Part shown: positions 19,584 through 29,367 of the stretch, in pieces
Numbering within the stretch: position 1 is the first letter of the stretch
How the letters are laid out: each line of letters opens with the position of its first letter
Assembly: GCA_016932315.1 (NCBI GenBank)
Contig: JAFGDD010000008.1
Span: 8,588 to 72,587, forward strand
Origin: Candidatus Woesearchaeota archaeon
GTDB lineage: Archaea > Nanobdellota > Nanobdellia > Woesearchaeales > SM23-78
DNA length: 64,000 nt
Direction of reading: 5' to 3'
Made by a program: the position numbers and the translations under genes
Notes under the pieces: generated by a model
Databases searched by the model: none
What the model was told of the DNA's origin: nothing
What the model saw: only the letters and a program-made list of their open reading frames with translations

Positions 19584-20189
19584 TCAGAAAATAACCTTCT
19601 TGCTTCTTATACTATGATCTACCAGCTCATCAACATTAATCTTTGACTCCTCGTATTCTACTTTCTCAATCTTGGAAGTCGTTGCAGGATTCTGCGATAG
19701 ATATGCGCAACCAGGGCTTTTCTGGATTGACAAATCATAAGTGCCTATTTTTCTTGCTATCTTTATTGTTTCGTTCTTGTCAAAGCCTAATAATGGCTGC
19801 AAAGTCATCATCCTGACTGCTTTGTGGATTACTGCCATGTTATCAAGAGTCTGACTGGCTACCTGCCCAAGAATCTCTCCTGTTATTATGAAGTCGCATT
19901 TTTCTTTCTGAGCAAATTTCTCTGCAACCCTGAGCATCATTCTCTTGCAGAAAATGCATGTAAGCCTTGGATTGCAGTTCTCGCGATAAGCATTATGCGC
20001 TTTTCTGATGTCTGCGAAGAATAATCTCTTAATGCCAATCTTCTTTGCAAGCTCTATTACCTTATTATCTTCTTTATCATTATCATGCATCCTAAGGTGC
20101 AAGGCAACTACTTCAACGCCTTTCTCAATAATCATCTTGCCAGCAACAGGGCTGTCAATGCCTGAGCTAAGAAGAAGTAGTCCTTTCAT
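19584..20189 (-). CDS. ThiI-like PP-loop domain only (no THUMP)
   Basis: LLSSGIDSPVA, CIFCKRMM, TGEILGQVASQTL, PLLGFDK. Confidence 0.8.
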   Translation of the reverse strand: MKGLLLLSSGIDSPVAGKMIIEKGVEVVALHLRMHDNDKEDNKVIELAKKIGIKRLFFADIRKAHNAYRENCNPRLTCIFCKRMMLRVAEKFAQKEKCDFIITGEILGQVASQTLDNMAVIHKAVRMMTLQPLLGFDKNETIKIARKIGTYDLSIQKSPGCAYLSQNPATTSKIEKVEYEESKINVDELVDHSIRSKKVIF

Positions 20190-20215
20190 GTTTCATCAGT
20201 TCGTATTTTTTATCA

Positions 20216-20313
20216 GTCAAGATAAGCCCTACTCGCTAACGCTCGTCTCGCCATGCACAACAAAAGCAAAGCTTTTGAGTTGCATATGCTGGGCTCGACG
20301 GTCTTATCTTGAC
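20216..20313. repeat. Structured intergenic element, family III, copy 1
   Basis: Arms GTCAAGATAAG/CTTATCTTGAC; CCCTACTCGCTAACGCTCGTCTC and TCGACGGT shared with 22922-23017. Confidence 0.75.
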
Positions 20314-20317
20314 AACA

Positions 20318-20992
20318 TCATTTCTTCTTGCACACAAAGAATGCATGGTCTCTCTCAAATGGGTCTAGCTCTCGGTAATCAACTACTGTCATAATGCTCT
20401 TATCAAGCTTTAACCGGATTTCCTTGAATATTTCCCGCGGATTCCTTGAGACGTCTATGCTTCTGGCTTTTACTGCTAGTAATCCAAATCCTCCTTTTTT
20501 CAGGAATGCATCGCAATTCTTTAGGAAAATATCTACTTGGTTTCTTTGAGCAATGTCTTGGTAGACGACATCAACCTGCGGAGTGATTAGGCTCTTGTAT
20601 TCTTCTGGGTGGTTGGCGTCTGCGAGTATTGGCGCCATGTTCTTTCTCTCTTCGCAAACAAAAACAAGGTCTCTCACTACTCTTGGCGCGACGTCAAGGC
20701 AGAAAACAAATCCTTCACTATCCACCATGTCTGAGACAAAGCTTGGCGTGTAGCCGTGACTAGCGCCAAGGTAAAGCACAATATCCTTGTCCTTAATGCC
20801 TATCTGGGATGCTCCTTTTTTTATAGCAGCGGCAAGCTTGCTCCTAGTCACATCCCAGCTTCTGTACTCAACCCCATTCTCTTTTACTAGTTCTTCTGCG
20901 AAGAATGCTATGCCAGGCATTAGGTTCTTTGTATAAATAGCTCTCCTATTCCACTTCTCCTCGTAAACATTGAATTTTTTTATTTCTTCCAT
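20318..20992 (-). CDS. flpA: Fibrillarin rRNA/tRNA 2'-O-methyltransferase
   Basis: RSKLAAA, VLYLGASHG, DIAQRNQ, KARSID. Confidence 0.93.
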   Translation of the reverse strand: MEEIKKFNVYEEKWNRRAIYTKNLMPGIAFFAEELVKENGVEYRSWDVTRSKLAAAIKKGASQIGIKDKDIVLYLGASHGYTPSFVSDMVDSEGFVFCLDVAPRVVRDLVFVCEERKNMAPILADANHPEEYKSLITPQVDVVYQDIAQRNQVDIFLKNCDAFLKKGGFGLLAVKARSIDVSRNPREIFKEIRLKLDKSIMTVVDYRELDPFERDHAFFVCKKK

Positions 20993-21366
20993 TATCTGAA
21001 CACCATCTTGTAAAGGATTATCCTGCTGAGGCTTACGCTGTACATTATCACGCTTATCAGCAAGGTTATTATGACCAGGAAATCAATTCTTAAGTAATTG
21101 AATAAGAGGCTTAATGCTATGCCTGTCTGGCCGAGGATGATGTAGCTTGAAGTGTGCTCGAAATAATCATGCTTCTTGTGGTCCCTGTGAATCTTTTCCT
21201 CGTAAATCATCCAGAAATACAATAAAAAGCCTATTAGCAAAGTAATGAGATAAAATAATGATTCCTGCTTAAGCCAGTAAAACACAAACCCAAGTATTAT
21301 GACTATCACCAATGCAAGGAATTCCTGCTCAAACAATAAGAGTTTATCATGCCTGCTTATTTTCAT
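20992..21366 (-). CDS. Hypothetical membrane protein (about 4 TM)
   Basis: Hydrophobic helices; overlaps both neighbours. Confidence 0.65.
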   Translation of the reverse strand: MKISRHDKLLLFEQEFLALVIVIILGFVFYWLKQESLFYLITLLIGFLLYFWMIYEEKIHRDHKKHDYFEHTSSYIILGQTGIALSLLFNYLRIDFLVIITLLISVIMYSVSLSRIILYKMVFR

Positions 21367-22097
21367 TTGAACCTCACCTCTAATTCTTGCAATAATTTGT
21401 CAGCAATAAACTTACCCTTGAAATAATCAACCCTTACAGCTAGGAATATCTTGTCAGCAACTGCCCTTGCAGCCTTTCCCCTATCCTTTGGCTTTGCCCT
21501 CTGCACTAATTGGTGCTGCAATAAGTAGCCGTACTTGGGGGGCTTGGCACCTGTCTTTATGTGCCTGAACAAGGCTTTTTCTGCTCCTAATAATTGTATT
21601 GTGCTGCTCCTCATCATTGCAAGCCTTTTTAGGCTGCCTGCTTCGCATAATAGCTTTGCACCAATGCCTGCACCTGCCAGTGTTGCAAGGTTAGGGCAGT
21701 ATGATTTCATAGTCTTCTCAAGGTAATCTTCTAATAATTTGCTCTCCCTTCCCATGTCAGCAATAATGCTTGCCATTGAAAGAATTGGCTCAATATCTTT
21801 TTTTTCAAAATCAAAACCCATCTCATCAGCCAGCTTTAATTCCTTCTGCAAAGCCTTCTTGTCCTCTTTCAAAACAAGCTTGACAAAAACCTCATGGTCA
21901 GCAATCTTCTTGTCCAAGCCAGGAAAATAAAGAGAATACCATTCCCTGAGCCTCTTGCTCAGAGTATTAATTATCTTCTGCAACTCATCAATATTATTCG
22001 CAGCATTGATTATGAACAAGTCAGGACTAACGCTCTGCCGAACTGCCTTCTTCGCCAGTTCAAGGTTCTTTTTGCGCAAATCAGCTAGCTTTGCCAT
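21363..22097 (-). CDS. nop5: Nop5 (NOP56/58) C/D box RNP protein, short form
   Basis: RLREWY, PNLATLAG, IQLLGAEKALFRH, PPKYG; co-oriented with fibrillarin. Confidence 0.9.
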   Translation of the reverse strand: MAKLADLRKKNLELAKKAVRQSVSPDLFIINAANNIDELQKIINTLSKRLREWYSLYFPGLDKKIADHEVFVKLVLKEDKKALQKELKLADEMGFDFEKKDIEPILSMASIIADMGRESKLLEDYLEKTMKSYCPNLATLAGAGIGAKLLCEAGSLKRLAMMRSSTIQLLGAEKALFRHIKTGAKPPKYGYLLQHQLVQRAKPKDRGKAARAVADKIFLAVRVDYFKGKFIADKLLQELEVRFK

Positions 22098-22279
22098 TAA
22101 AAAGCAATAATCAGTGTAATCTTTTAAATGTTGCTAAAAATACGTTTTGAGCGGAGAAACCCCGGATTTTTATGCTAGCATTTTATTAATCAGTGTTTCT
22201 ACTATGAATAAATGCAAAGCCTTAAATATTAGTTATACATAAATATAACATAAATATAATTATTTTTAAGGTGATTTGC

Positions 22280-22489
22280 ATGGCGGTCGAGATAATGCTA
22301 AGAAAATGGGGCAACTCTATTGGCGGGGTGTTCCCGAAGAGCTTTGTTGAGGAGCACGGATTAAAGCCAAATGAGAAAATATTTGTTGACGTGGTGAAAA
22401 AAACTGACCTTACGCCTATTTTTGGCAGCTTGAAGTTCAAGAGAAGCGCTCAGGCAATGAAGGACGAGGCAAGAAAAGGATGGGATTAA
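22280..22489 (+). CDS. AbrB/MazE-family antitoxin
   Basis: RKWGNSIG motif; AGGTGA RBS; overlaps PIN gene. Confidence 0.85.
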   Translation: MAVEIMLRKWGNSIGGVFPKSFVEEHGLKPNEKIFVDVVKKTDLTPIFGSLKFKRSAQAMKDEARKGWD

Positions 22490-22869
22490 AGTCTATTAAT
22501 TCAAAGACATATTTTTTTGACACCTATGCTTTTATCGAAGCTATAAATGGAAACAAGAATTATCAGCCTTACATGAAAGGCTCTACCATCATAACAACGC
22601 TGCTCAACCTAATGGAACTACACTATATCACTCTTAAAGATATCAGCGAAAAAATTGCTGATGCACATTATGAATTCTTCAGAGACCTGGCAATTGATAT
22701 AAGTGATGAAGTAATCAAGAAGGCCAACATATTCAGATATGCCAATCGGAAGAAAAAGCTGTCCTATACTGATTGCATCGGGTACACTCTTGCAAGAATG
22801 CGCAACATAAAGTTTCTAACAGGCGACAATGCATTCAAGGGAATTGAAGGAGTGGAGTTTGTGAAATAA
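22480..22869 (+). CDS. PIN-domain (VapC-like) toxin
   Basis: FFDTYAF, LSYTDC, LTGDNAF. Confidence 0.88.
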   Translation: MGLKSINSKTYFFDTYAFIEAINGNKNYQPYMKGSTIITTLLNLMELHYITLKDISEKIADAHYEFFRDLAIDISDEVIKKANIFRYANRKKKLSYTDCIGYTLARMRNIKFLTGDNAFKGIEGVEFVK

Positions 22870-22921
22870 GTGCACAAAACACTACTTTTAAAAACTCTTG
22901 TAAATAAACTAATAATATGTT

Positions 22922-23017
22922 GTCAAAATAAGCCCTACTCACTAGCGCTCGTCTCAGCCATTGCAAATTTGCTGATGCAAATGTTGCAAACAAAGGCTTC
23001 GACGGTCTTATTTTGAC
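22922..23017. repeat. Structured intergenic element, family III, copy 2
   Basis: Arms GTCAAAATAAG/CTTATTTTGAC (compensatory change versus copy 1); same flanking core, different inner hairpin. Confidence 0.75.
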
Positions 23018-23034
23018 TTAATACGTGATTTATC

Positions 23035-24159
23035 ATGGCAGATGACAAGAAAGACCAGGTAAAGGTTAGTGCAAAGGAAAAGCTCAAGCTCAAGCACATA
23101 ATAAAGGAACTTGAGCATCATAGAGGTAGGCATACTGAACTTGTGTCTGTTTACGTCCCGGCAGGCTATGACCTTAACAAGATTATCAATCATCTCCAGC
23201 AGGAGCAAGGAACTGCTTCCAACATCAAGAGCGCGCAGACAAGGAATAATGTTATCAGCTCATTGGAAAGAATGGTTCAGCACCTGAAGCTCTTCAAGCA
23301 GACCCCGCCGAACGGCTTGGCTGTTTTCTCTGGCAACGTTGCTGAGCGCGAGGGCCAGCAGGATTTTAAGGTTTGGAGTCTTGAGCCGCCAGTGCCTCTT
23401 AACATCCGTATTTATCGCTGCGACAAGGAATTTGTGCTTGAACCTTTGCAGCAAATGGTGCAACACGAAGAAGTTTACGGCTTGGTAGTGCTTGACAGGA
23501 GGGATGCTACCATTGCATTATTGAAAGGCAAGACTATTGTTCCTTTACAAAGCACTCACTCAGAAGTTCCTGGAAAGATAAGGGCAGGAGGACAATCAGC
23601 TCCGAGGTTTGCAAGATTAAGAGAGATTGCGATAAAGGATCATTACAAGAAAATCGCTGATTACATGAAAGAGCAGTTCCTTTACACGAAAGAGTTGAAA
23701 GGAATACTAATAGGAGGACCAAGCACCACTACTAATGAGTTCGTCACTCACGGCTACCTGACAGGAGACATACAGGCAAAAGTAATTGCTGTCAAGGACT
23801 TATCTTATACTGACGAATTCGGGTTGCAGGAATTATTGGAGAAAAGCCAGGATGTACTGGCTGAGGAAGAAGTTGCAAAGGAAAAGGTTGTTGTCCAGAA
23901 ATTCTTTAACCTCCTCGCTACAAGGCAGGAAATGGTCAGCTATGGAGAAAAATATGTGAGGGACTGCCTTGCAATGGGAGCAGTGGACACCTTGCTATTA
24001 TCAGAAACTGTTGATGACAAGCTGATGGACGAGTTTGACAAGGAAGCCCAAAAGTTTGGCACCAAGACAGAAGTAATATCCACAGAAACAAGGGAAGGAG
24101 TGCAGCTCAAGGAAATGGGCGGAATTGCAGCCATACTCAGGTATCCTGTGCATGTGTAA
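23035..24159 (+). CDS. prf1: Peptide chain release factor aRF1
   Basis: TASNIKS, YRCD, GGQS motifs. Confidence 0.96.
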   Translation: MADDKKDQVKVSAKEKLKLKHIIKELEHHRGRHTELVSVYVPAGYDLNKIINHLQQEQGTASNIKSAQTRNNVISSLERMVQHLKLFKQTPPNGLAVFSGNVAEREGQQDFKVWSLEPPVPLNIRIYRCDKEFVLEPLQQMVQHEEVYGLVVLDRRDATIALLKGKTIVPLQSTHSEVPGKIRAGGQSAPRFARLREIAIKDHYKKIADYMKEQFLYTKELKGILIGGPSTTTNEFVTHGYLTGDIQAKVIAVKDLSYTDEFGLQELLEKSQDVLAEEEVAKEKVVVQKFFNLLATRQEMVSYGEKYVRDCLAMGAVDTLLLSETVDDKLMDEFDKEAQKFGTKTEVISTETREGVQLKEMGGIAAILRYPVHV

Positions 24160-24237
24160 GATTTCTAAATAAGCAGAGCATCAACATTTTTCTTACAGCA
24201 GGTTTTCTCTCATAACAGATCCCGGAAATTGCAACAT

Positions 24238-25332
24238 TTACAACAAATTGTAGAAGTTGGTTATCACATTGCAGCAGCCGTAAAGCCCAATGTTTGTGTT
24301 CATTATCACAAAGACAGGGACTTTTCTCAGGAGAGCTTCTTCCCTTGCGTGCTTGTGGAACTCATCAATGAACCTGCTGTCCTTGAAAGCAGCCAGTTTT
24401 TTCAGCACAATTTTGCCGTCAAGGAATAATCCCCCGTAGCACTCTGACACCAATGCAAGGTTCTTGGCAGCCCTTGCATAATATTTTGCGAACAAGTCAA
24501 TGGTCTTGGTGCAAAGCTCATCCTTGCCATAACCAGAATCTATCAATTCAAACTTCTCATCGCCGTTCGCAGAATCAATTCTCTTAACAAGTTCTGTAAC
24601 CGCCGCATTATTCTTGCTTCTCAGGAAATCATATATGTTGCCAAAGCCTCTGCCTGACAATAAAATCTCGTATTCTGGCTGGAAATTTAAGGAGTGTTTC
24701 TTTTTCAGGAACTCCAGCAACTCCCTGTCATCATCGCCATAAGGAGCAAAATCCATGTGCCCTCCTTCAGACGGCAAAGGAACATAAAGGTGCTTGTGGC
24801 GGTTGTAATAAGCAATGCTCATGCCCAGCCCGGTTCCTGCTCCGATGACAGCCCTGGTGTTGCCGAAAACCCCTGCAACATCAGGCTTCAAAGAAAAAAT
24901 GTCCTTGCTGAAATCCAGGCAGTCAAGCCCAAAGCCAATAGCCTCGAAATCATTAATCAACCCAACATGAGCAAGCAGAGTATTTGAGAGGATTTCTGAT
25001 TTCTTTATTTCAAGCCCTGCATTCATTAGCCTGATATGGTCTCTTTTCCTGGAAACAGGTCCTGCGGCGCAGATGCAGCAGCGGCTAATCTCAATCCCGA
25101 AGCGCTCATAAGACTGCTTAAGAATTTCATTAAGCAGCTGATGGATTTCAGAGATCTCCTTCGTTGGGATGTAATGCTTGTAGAGCAGGTCATAATGCAC
25201 GTCGCTCTTAACGCCAAAAACAGCAAAATAAGAATTAGTTCCGCCTATGTCTGCGACAACGCAAAAAAACCTGTAGCAAGACTTGTCAAACTCATAAGTA
25301 GGAAAAACAAACACCTCTTTTAGCATAATCAT
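24238..25332 (-). CDS. glk: Glucokinase (bacterial Glk type)
   Basis: ADIGGTN, AAGPV, INDFEA, GAGTGLG, SEGGH. Confidence 0.88.
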   Translation of the reverse strand: MIMLKEVFVFPTYEFDKSCYRFFCVVADIGGTNSYFAVFGVKSDVHYDLLYKHYIPTKEISEIHQLLNEILKQSYERFGIEISRCCICAAGPVSRKRDHIRLMNAGLEIKKSEILSNTLLAHVGLINDFEAIGFGLDCLDFSKDIFSLKPDVAGVFGNTRAVIGAGTGLGMSIAYYNRHKHLYVPLPSEGGHMDFAPYGDDDRELLEFLKKKHSLNFQPEYEILLSGRGFGNIYDFLRSKNNAAVTELVKRIDSANGDEKFELIDSGYGKDELCTKTIDLFAKYYARAAKNLALVSECYGGLFLDGKIVLKKLAAFKDSRFIDEFHKHAREEALLRKVPVFVIMNTNIGLYGCCNVITNFYNLL

Positions 25333-25392
25333 AGAGAAGGGTAAAGGAGTATATAAATATTATCAATTCACTTAGGCTCTGTTGAAAATTTC

Positions 25393-25497
25393 GAAAAAGT
25401 GCTCTACTCTGCACCCCGAAGGGGTAACCCCCGCCGAGCAACCGCCTTGCCTAGCCTTTTGGCGTCGGCAACGGTGGCGGGTGACGCGCACTTTTTC
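25393..25497 (-). repeat. Structured intergenic element, family I, copy C
   Basis: Arms GAAAAAGTGC/GCACTTTTTC; GTCACCCGCC...GGGGGTTACCCCTTCGGGGTG. Confidence 0.65.
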
Positions 25498-25615
25498 AAC
25501 ACACACCAATTCACTTAGTTATTATCTGAGCCTGTTTTAATAATAGGAACCTGTTTTTATTATTTGAATCTGTTTTATACGAGCCCATCAGAATAGATGC
25601 ATCACTCATCACATA

Positions 25616-26221
25616 TCAGAGATACCTTCCGCTGAAAGGTATTCTTGAAGGCTTTTTTATCCTGTCATTAAAGAAAACAGCCATCCAGCCTTTGTCAGAA
25701 GGAACAGGGTCAAACCACCGCTTATTGAACTCATCGTAATCAAGAGCATAATAAAATGATTGATTGCCATAAATCTTGGCGCCGGGATCAGCCACAAATA
25801 TTTTATGCTTTCTGTTGTCTAGCATTTCAAAACCTCTGATGATTGAATAATGCCCGACCAAGTTGTCATCCTTTGTTGGCCTGAGATACTGCCAGTTGAC
25901 AAGAACAGGCAGCTTGTTCTGCAAAAAATATTTAAGTTCGTCAAGAGAAGCATTCTTCTTGATAAATCCTTTAAGCCCGACTTCCTTTGCTATGGCTATT
26001 ATTCCTGTAGTGCCGCAGCCTTCGTCAGGCTGCTTAAGTATTCCGTCATGCTCAATGCTCTGGAGATGCTTCTCAGCATTGTAACTGATATCGAACAATC
26101 TTTCCTGGGAAACTTCTCTTCCAGTAAGATAAAATATATAGCTTTGCATGGATGCCAGGGCGCAAAAATAGCCGTTCTTCTGCTCACGCATCACCAAGTC
26201 TTCAAGCATTATTTTATCCAT
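25616..26221 (-). CDS. C39-like cysteine peptidase
   Basis: EQKNGYFCALAS (Cys), GHYSII (His), VADP (Asp); start uncertain. Confidence 0.75.
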   Translation of the reverse strand: MDKIMLEDLVMREQKNGYFCALASMQSYIFYLTGREVSQERLFDISYNAEKHLQSIEHDGILKQPDEGCGTTGIIAIAKEVGLKGFIKKNASLDELKYFLQNKLPVLVNWQYLRPTKDDNLVGHYSIIRGFEMLDNRKHKIFVADPGAKIYGNQSFYYALDYDEFNKRWFDPVPSDKGWMAVFFNDRIKKPSRIPFSGRYL

Positions 26222-26297
26222 GAAAATCATCACATCATAAGCATTATAGTCTGGCGGACTCATTAATGGTTTATAACCCTTTTGATAATGAAAATTT

Positions 26298-26711
26298 TTA
26301 TATTTTCGCCTTAATATCATCCCTTATTTTCAGAAGTACCTCAAGAGGGATGTTTTTTTTAGGATAAGGAGCATAATTTCCTGTTGGGTTTGGGTCTATA
26401 AATTCGATTCCATAAAATTTTCTTGGAGAATAAAACCTTGGTATCAGATGAGCGTGAAGGTGGGGGGTTTCATTGCCAAATATTGCAATATTCGGCCTTA
26501 TCTCTCCGTAAATCTCGCTGATTACTTTTTCCCATAACGGAATAATCGTTGAGAATAGTTCTTCTCTCTCATCAAGATTCATGTCAGAAACTTTGTCAGC
26601 CTCTGGCCTAATAGCCCAGGCATAGCATCTTCCAATATAAGGGAACTGTTTTTCATGAAGGTATAACCCCCATCGGTCAAAATTCTTAATCTTGAATTGT
26701 TCATAACCCAT
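26298..26711 (-). CDS. HIT family nucleotide hydrolase
   Basis: PHLHAHLIPR histidine triad. Confidence 0.88.
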   Translation of the reverse strand: MGYEQFKIKNFDRWGLYLHEKQFPYIGRCYAWAIRPEADKVSDMNLDEREELFSTIIPLWEKVISEIYGEIRPNIAIFGNETPHLHAHLIPRFYSPRKFYGIEFIDPNPTGNYAPYPKKNIPLEVLLKIRDDIKAKI

Positions 26712-26804
26712 GAATACTAGGAAACTTGTGCTATATTATATGCTTTTGCGTTTATTCCATTAAATTAGAAATTTTTATAAGCCTAACCAGCAGTTCACAT
26801 CATC

Positions 26805-27506
26805 ATGAACCTTGCTGAACGCGCATTTTCTGAATTGTTCCCTGAGAAAAAATCATCAAGGCAAATGGTCGTCAAGTATTCTAGGGCTTTCAATGCTTAC
26901 AACGCAAATGTCAAGTACACTGCCTTTTCAATGACTTTCAGCCTTTCACGGCAATGGAAGAAGGTTGGCAGTGAAATCCAGATAGGATTAATCCAGTCAT
27001 TGCTGCTCAAGGTTTACAAGGAGAAGAAAAACACTATTAATATTGACTTGTACAACAAGTTCATTAAGAGCATCGGGGATTATTCAGAGGTTACTGAGAG
27101 TGATCCTGTTTTAGAGCAGAGCTTTAACCGCGTCAATGAGAAATACTTTTATGGCATGCTTGACAAGCCCAACCTTAAATGGGGTGGTAACAGCTTTTCA
27201 AAGCTAGGCACTTATGAGTATGGAGCCAACATGGTGACAATATCTAGCATCTTCAAGGCAAGGGAGGATGATAAGCAAGCAGAGGAACTGCTGGATTATA
27301 TCATGTACCATGAGCTATTGCACAAGAAGCACAAGTTCAGCACCAAAAACGGCAGGAGCTATCATCACACCAAGCATTTCAGGGAGAAAGAAAAGGCTTT
27401 TGAAAACCCTAACATTGAGGATGAATTAAAAAAATTCCTTAACAGGAAAAGTATAAGGCACGCATTCACTCCGAGAAAAAAATCCTGGATTATGAGGTTC
27501 TTCTAG
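26805..27506 (+). CDS. SprT-like zinc metalloprotease domain protein
   Basis: YHELLH...HH; FNRVNEKYF. Confidence 0.7.
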   Translation: MNLAERAFSELFPEKKSSRQMVVKYSRAFNAYNANVKYTAFSMTFSLSRQWKKVGSEIQIGLIQSLLLKVYKEKKNTINIDLYNKFIKSIGDYSEVTESDPVLEQSFNRVNEKYFYGMLDKPNLKWGGNSFSKLGTYEYGANMVTISSIFKAREDDKQAEELLDYIMYHELLHKKHKFSTKNGRSYHHTKHFREKEKAFENPNIEDELKKFLNRKSIRHAFTPRKKSWIMRFF

Positions 27507-28438
27507 GTTTCAGGCTTGAAAAAGTCTTTAAGCTTGTAAGTTCTATGCAGCCTTGTCTTGAGCTCTGGATCAGGATAGTTATTAGGGAACTCTTTGATTA
27601 ATGTAAGGAGAATCTTCTTGTGAGCATCTTTGAACTGCTCCTGGCTGTCAGCAATCTCTTTTTTCACTTTCTCAAGATCAAAAATTTTCTCTACGGAATC
27701 ATGAGATAATGATTGGAATATATGGCTTTCCACAAGCCTAGTTTGGAACTCTTTAAAATAATCTATTTCTTTATTGTAAATATCAGCATGCAGCAATAGC
27801 TTATTCTCCTTTACTTCAACCACATCATAAAGCGTTTCCAACGGTATTGGGCTCTTAAGAGGAATTTGCTCGCGAGGTCCTTTCTTTTTTGCGTCGGGCG
27901 CTACTAAGTCGTAAAGTCTTAGCATGTCATCTATACCCACTCTTATGCAGCCGTTAGAGCAAGGTAGGCCAATGGTGAATGCGTCACTTGTTGAATGAAT
28001 CACATATCCTGGGTTCATATAGCCAGAAGGCATCTTCATCAGGGTTCCTAAACCTCGCATCTTATCATAAGGCATTGGCAGCTTTAATGAATTGCCTTGA
28101 TCATCAAATGTCCATGTATCATACATAACTTCTCCCTTTTTGGCTCCGCGCTCAGGCTTATCATGCTCAAAAAAGAAATGAATCATAGGACGCTTATCAA
28201 TGATTTGTCCAGTCGTTATAGGAGTTGGTTTCCGCCAATACCTGCCTCGACCAACACCAACCATAAAAGTAAATTGTTCATTGAGCTTGTTACCCACATA
28301 ATTGAAGAGCTTTAACTCATAAGAAGGAATGTTAACCAAAACTTTTTGCTCTAAATGCTCTGGCACTAATATTTGGGGATCAAGAACTAATCCTGCTGAG
28401 AGCATTGCAGATGCTTTCATAAAGTCCCTTCTATTCAT
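27503..28438 (-). CDS. YkuD-family L,D-transpeptidase-like protein with twin-arginine signal
   Basis: MNRRDFMK Tat motif; VNIPSYEL, VGVG, PTP, IHSTSDAFTIGLPCSNGCIRV catalytic His/Cys. Confidence 0.8.
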   Translation of the reverse strand: MNRRDFMKASAMLSAGLVLDPQILVPEHLEQKVLVNIPSYELKLFNYVGNKLNEQFTFMVGVGRGRYWRKPTPITTGQIIDKRPMIHFFFEHDKPERGAKKGEVMYDTWTFDDQGNSLKLPMPYDKMRGLGTLMKMPSGYMNPGYVIHSTSDAFTIGLPCSNGCIRVGIDDMLRLYDLVAPDAKKKGPREQIPLKSPIPLETLYDVVEVKENKLLLHADIYNKEIDYFKEFQTRLVESHIFQSLSHDSVEKIFDLEKVKKEIADSQEQFKDAHKKILLTLIKEFPNNYPDPELKTRLHRTYKLKDFFKPET

Positions 28439-28516
28439 AGATCCCAATCCATATAACTGCTTTTTTATAAGCTTTATGAAAAATGGAGCAAAGGTAAAGA
28501 ACTAACTACTACAGGT

Positions 28517-29281
28517 TCATTTGCTGGCGACGAGGAGTGGCACCTTCTTGCTAGCCTTCTCTACTTCCTCGTTGAATTTCTCTTCCAGCATCGCAGGGTT
28601 CTTCCTGCACACCAGCTCTAGCGCGCTGGCTGCTGTGTGCGCTGACTTAAACCTGTTACCTCTCCTGTGCTTTAACTGCTGCTCCTCCTCAACATAATAG
28701 CTCCAGTTCTTAAGCATCAAATTTCTCTCGTATAATTCGTGCAAAAGAACAAACTTCCTCTCTTCAGGGCTTAAATCGTCATCAATCCATATCTCGTTCT
28801 CTGGCACAAAGGCATAGACCTTGTCATGGCCTCCTTCTGTGAAGCATATGTACAAGGCGCTCCTCACAAGCTCACCATCCACAATCCATACATTGACATC
28901 GCCGTATTCTGCAAGCAATTCCTTGTGAACCAGTTGAATAATATCGTTTTCAAAGCCCTGATTTTTTATCTCCATCATCTTCTTTGATTTCATCCTCTCA
29001 TCTAGCTCTTCCCTGTCTGCCTCGTCAAGGGCGTCATCATAGCTCTTTCCTCCAGTCATAAGTCTGTGCTCTGCTAACATGTGAGTTATGAAGAAGTGCT
29101 CTTCTCCTGGCGCGTATTCCTTGTCAATCCAGAACTCGTTGTCAGGTATGAAATCAAACCTTAGGTGCTGGCCAAAATTGGTGAACTCAATATCTATATT
29201 GTCCCTTATGTAAGTCCCGTCCACTATCCACACTGTAAAGCCAGAAATTTTTTTGAATTCCTGCAAATAAGGCGCATTCAT
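28517..29281 (-). CDS. Hypothetical protein with an internally duplicated domain, zincin-like motif
   Basis: Two repeats VWIVDG..R...F...G.H....PxNExWID; HELYE in repeat 2. Confidence 0.65.
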   Translation of the reverse strand: MNAPYLQEFKKISGFTVWIVDGTYIRDNIDIEFTNFGQHLRFDFIPDNEFWIDKEYAPGEEHFFITHMLAEHRLMTGGKSYDDALDEADREELDERMKSKKMMEIKNQGFENDIIQLVHKELLAEYGDVNVWIVDGELVRSALYICFTEGGHDKVYAFVPENEIWIDDDLSPEERKFVLLHELYERNLMLKNWSYYVEEEQQLKHRRGNRFKSAHTAASALELVCRKNPAMLEEKFNEEVEKASKKVPLLVASK

Positions 29282-29367
29282 TTCTTATCGTCGATTATGA
29301 ATATTATACTATTTTTTAGGAATTATTAGAATTTAAATGTTACGATTATGAAAAATTTTTTCTACTA

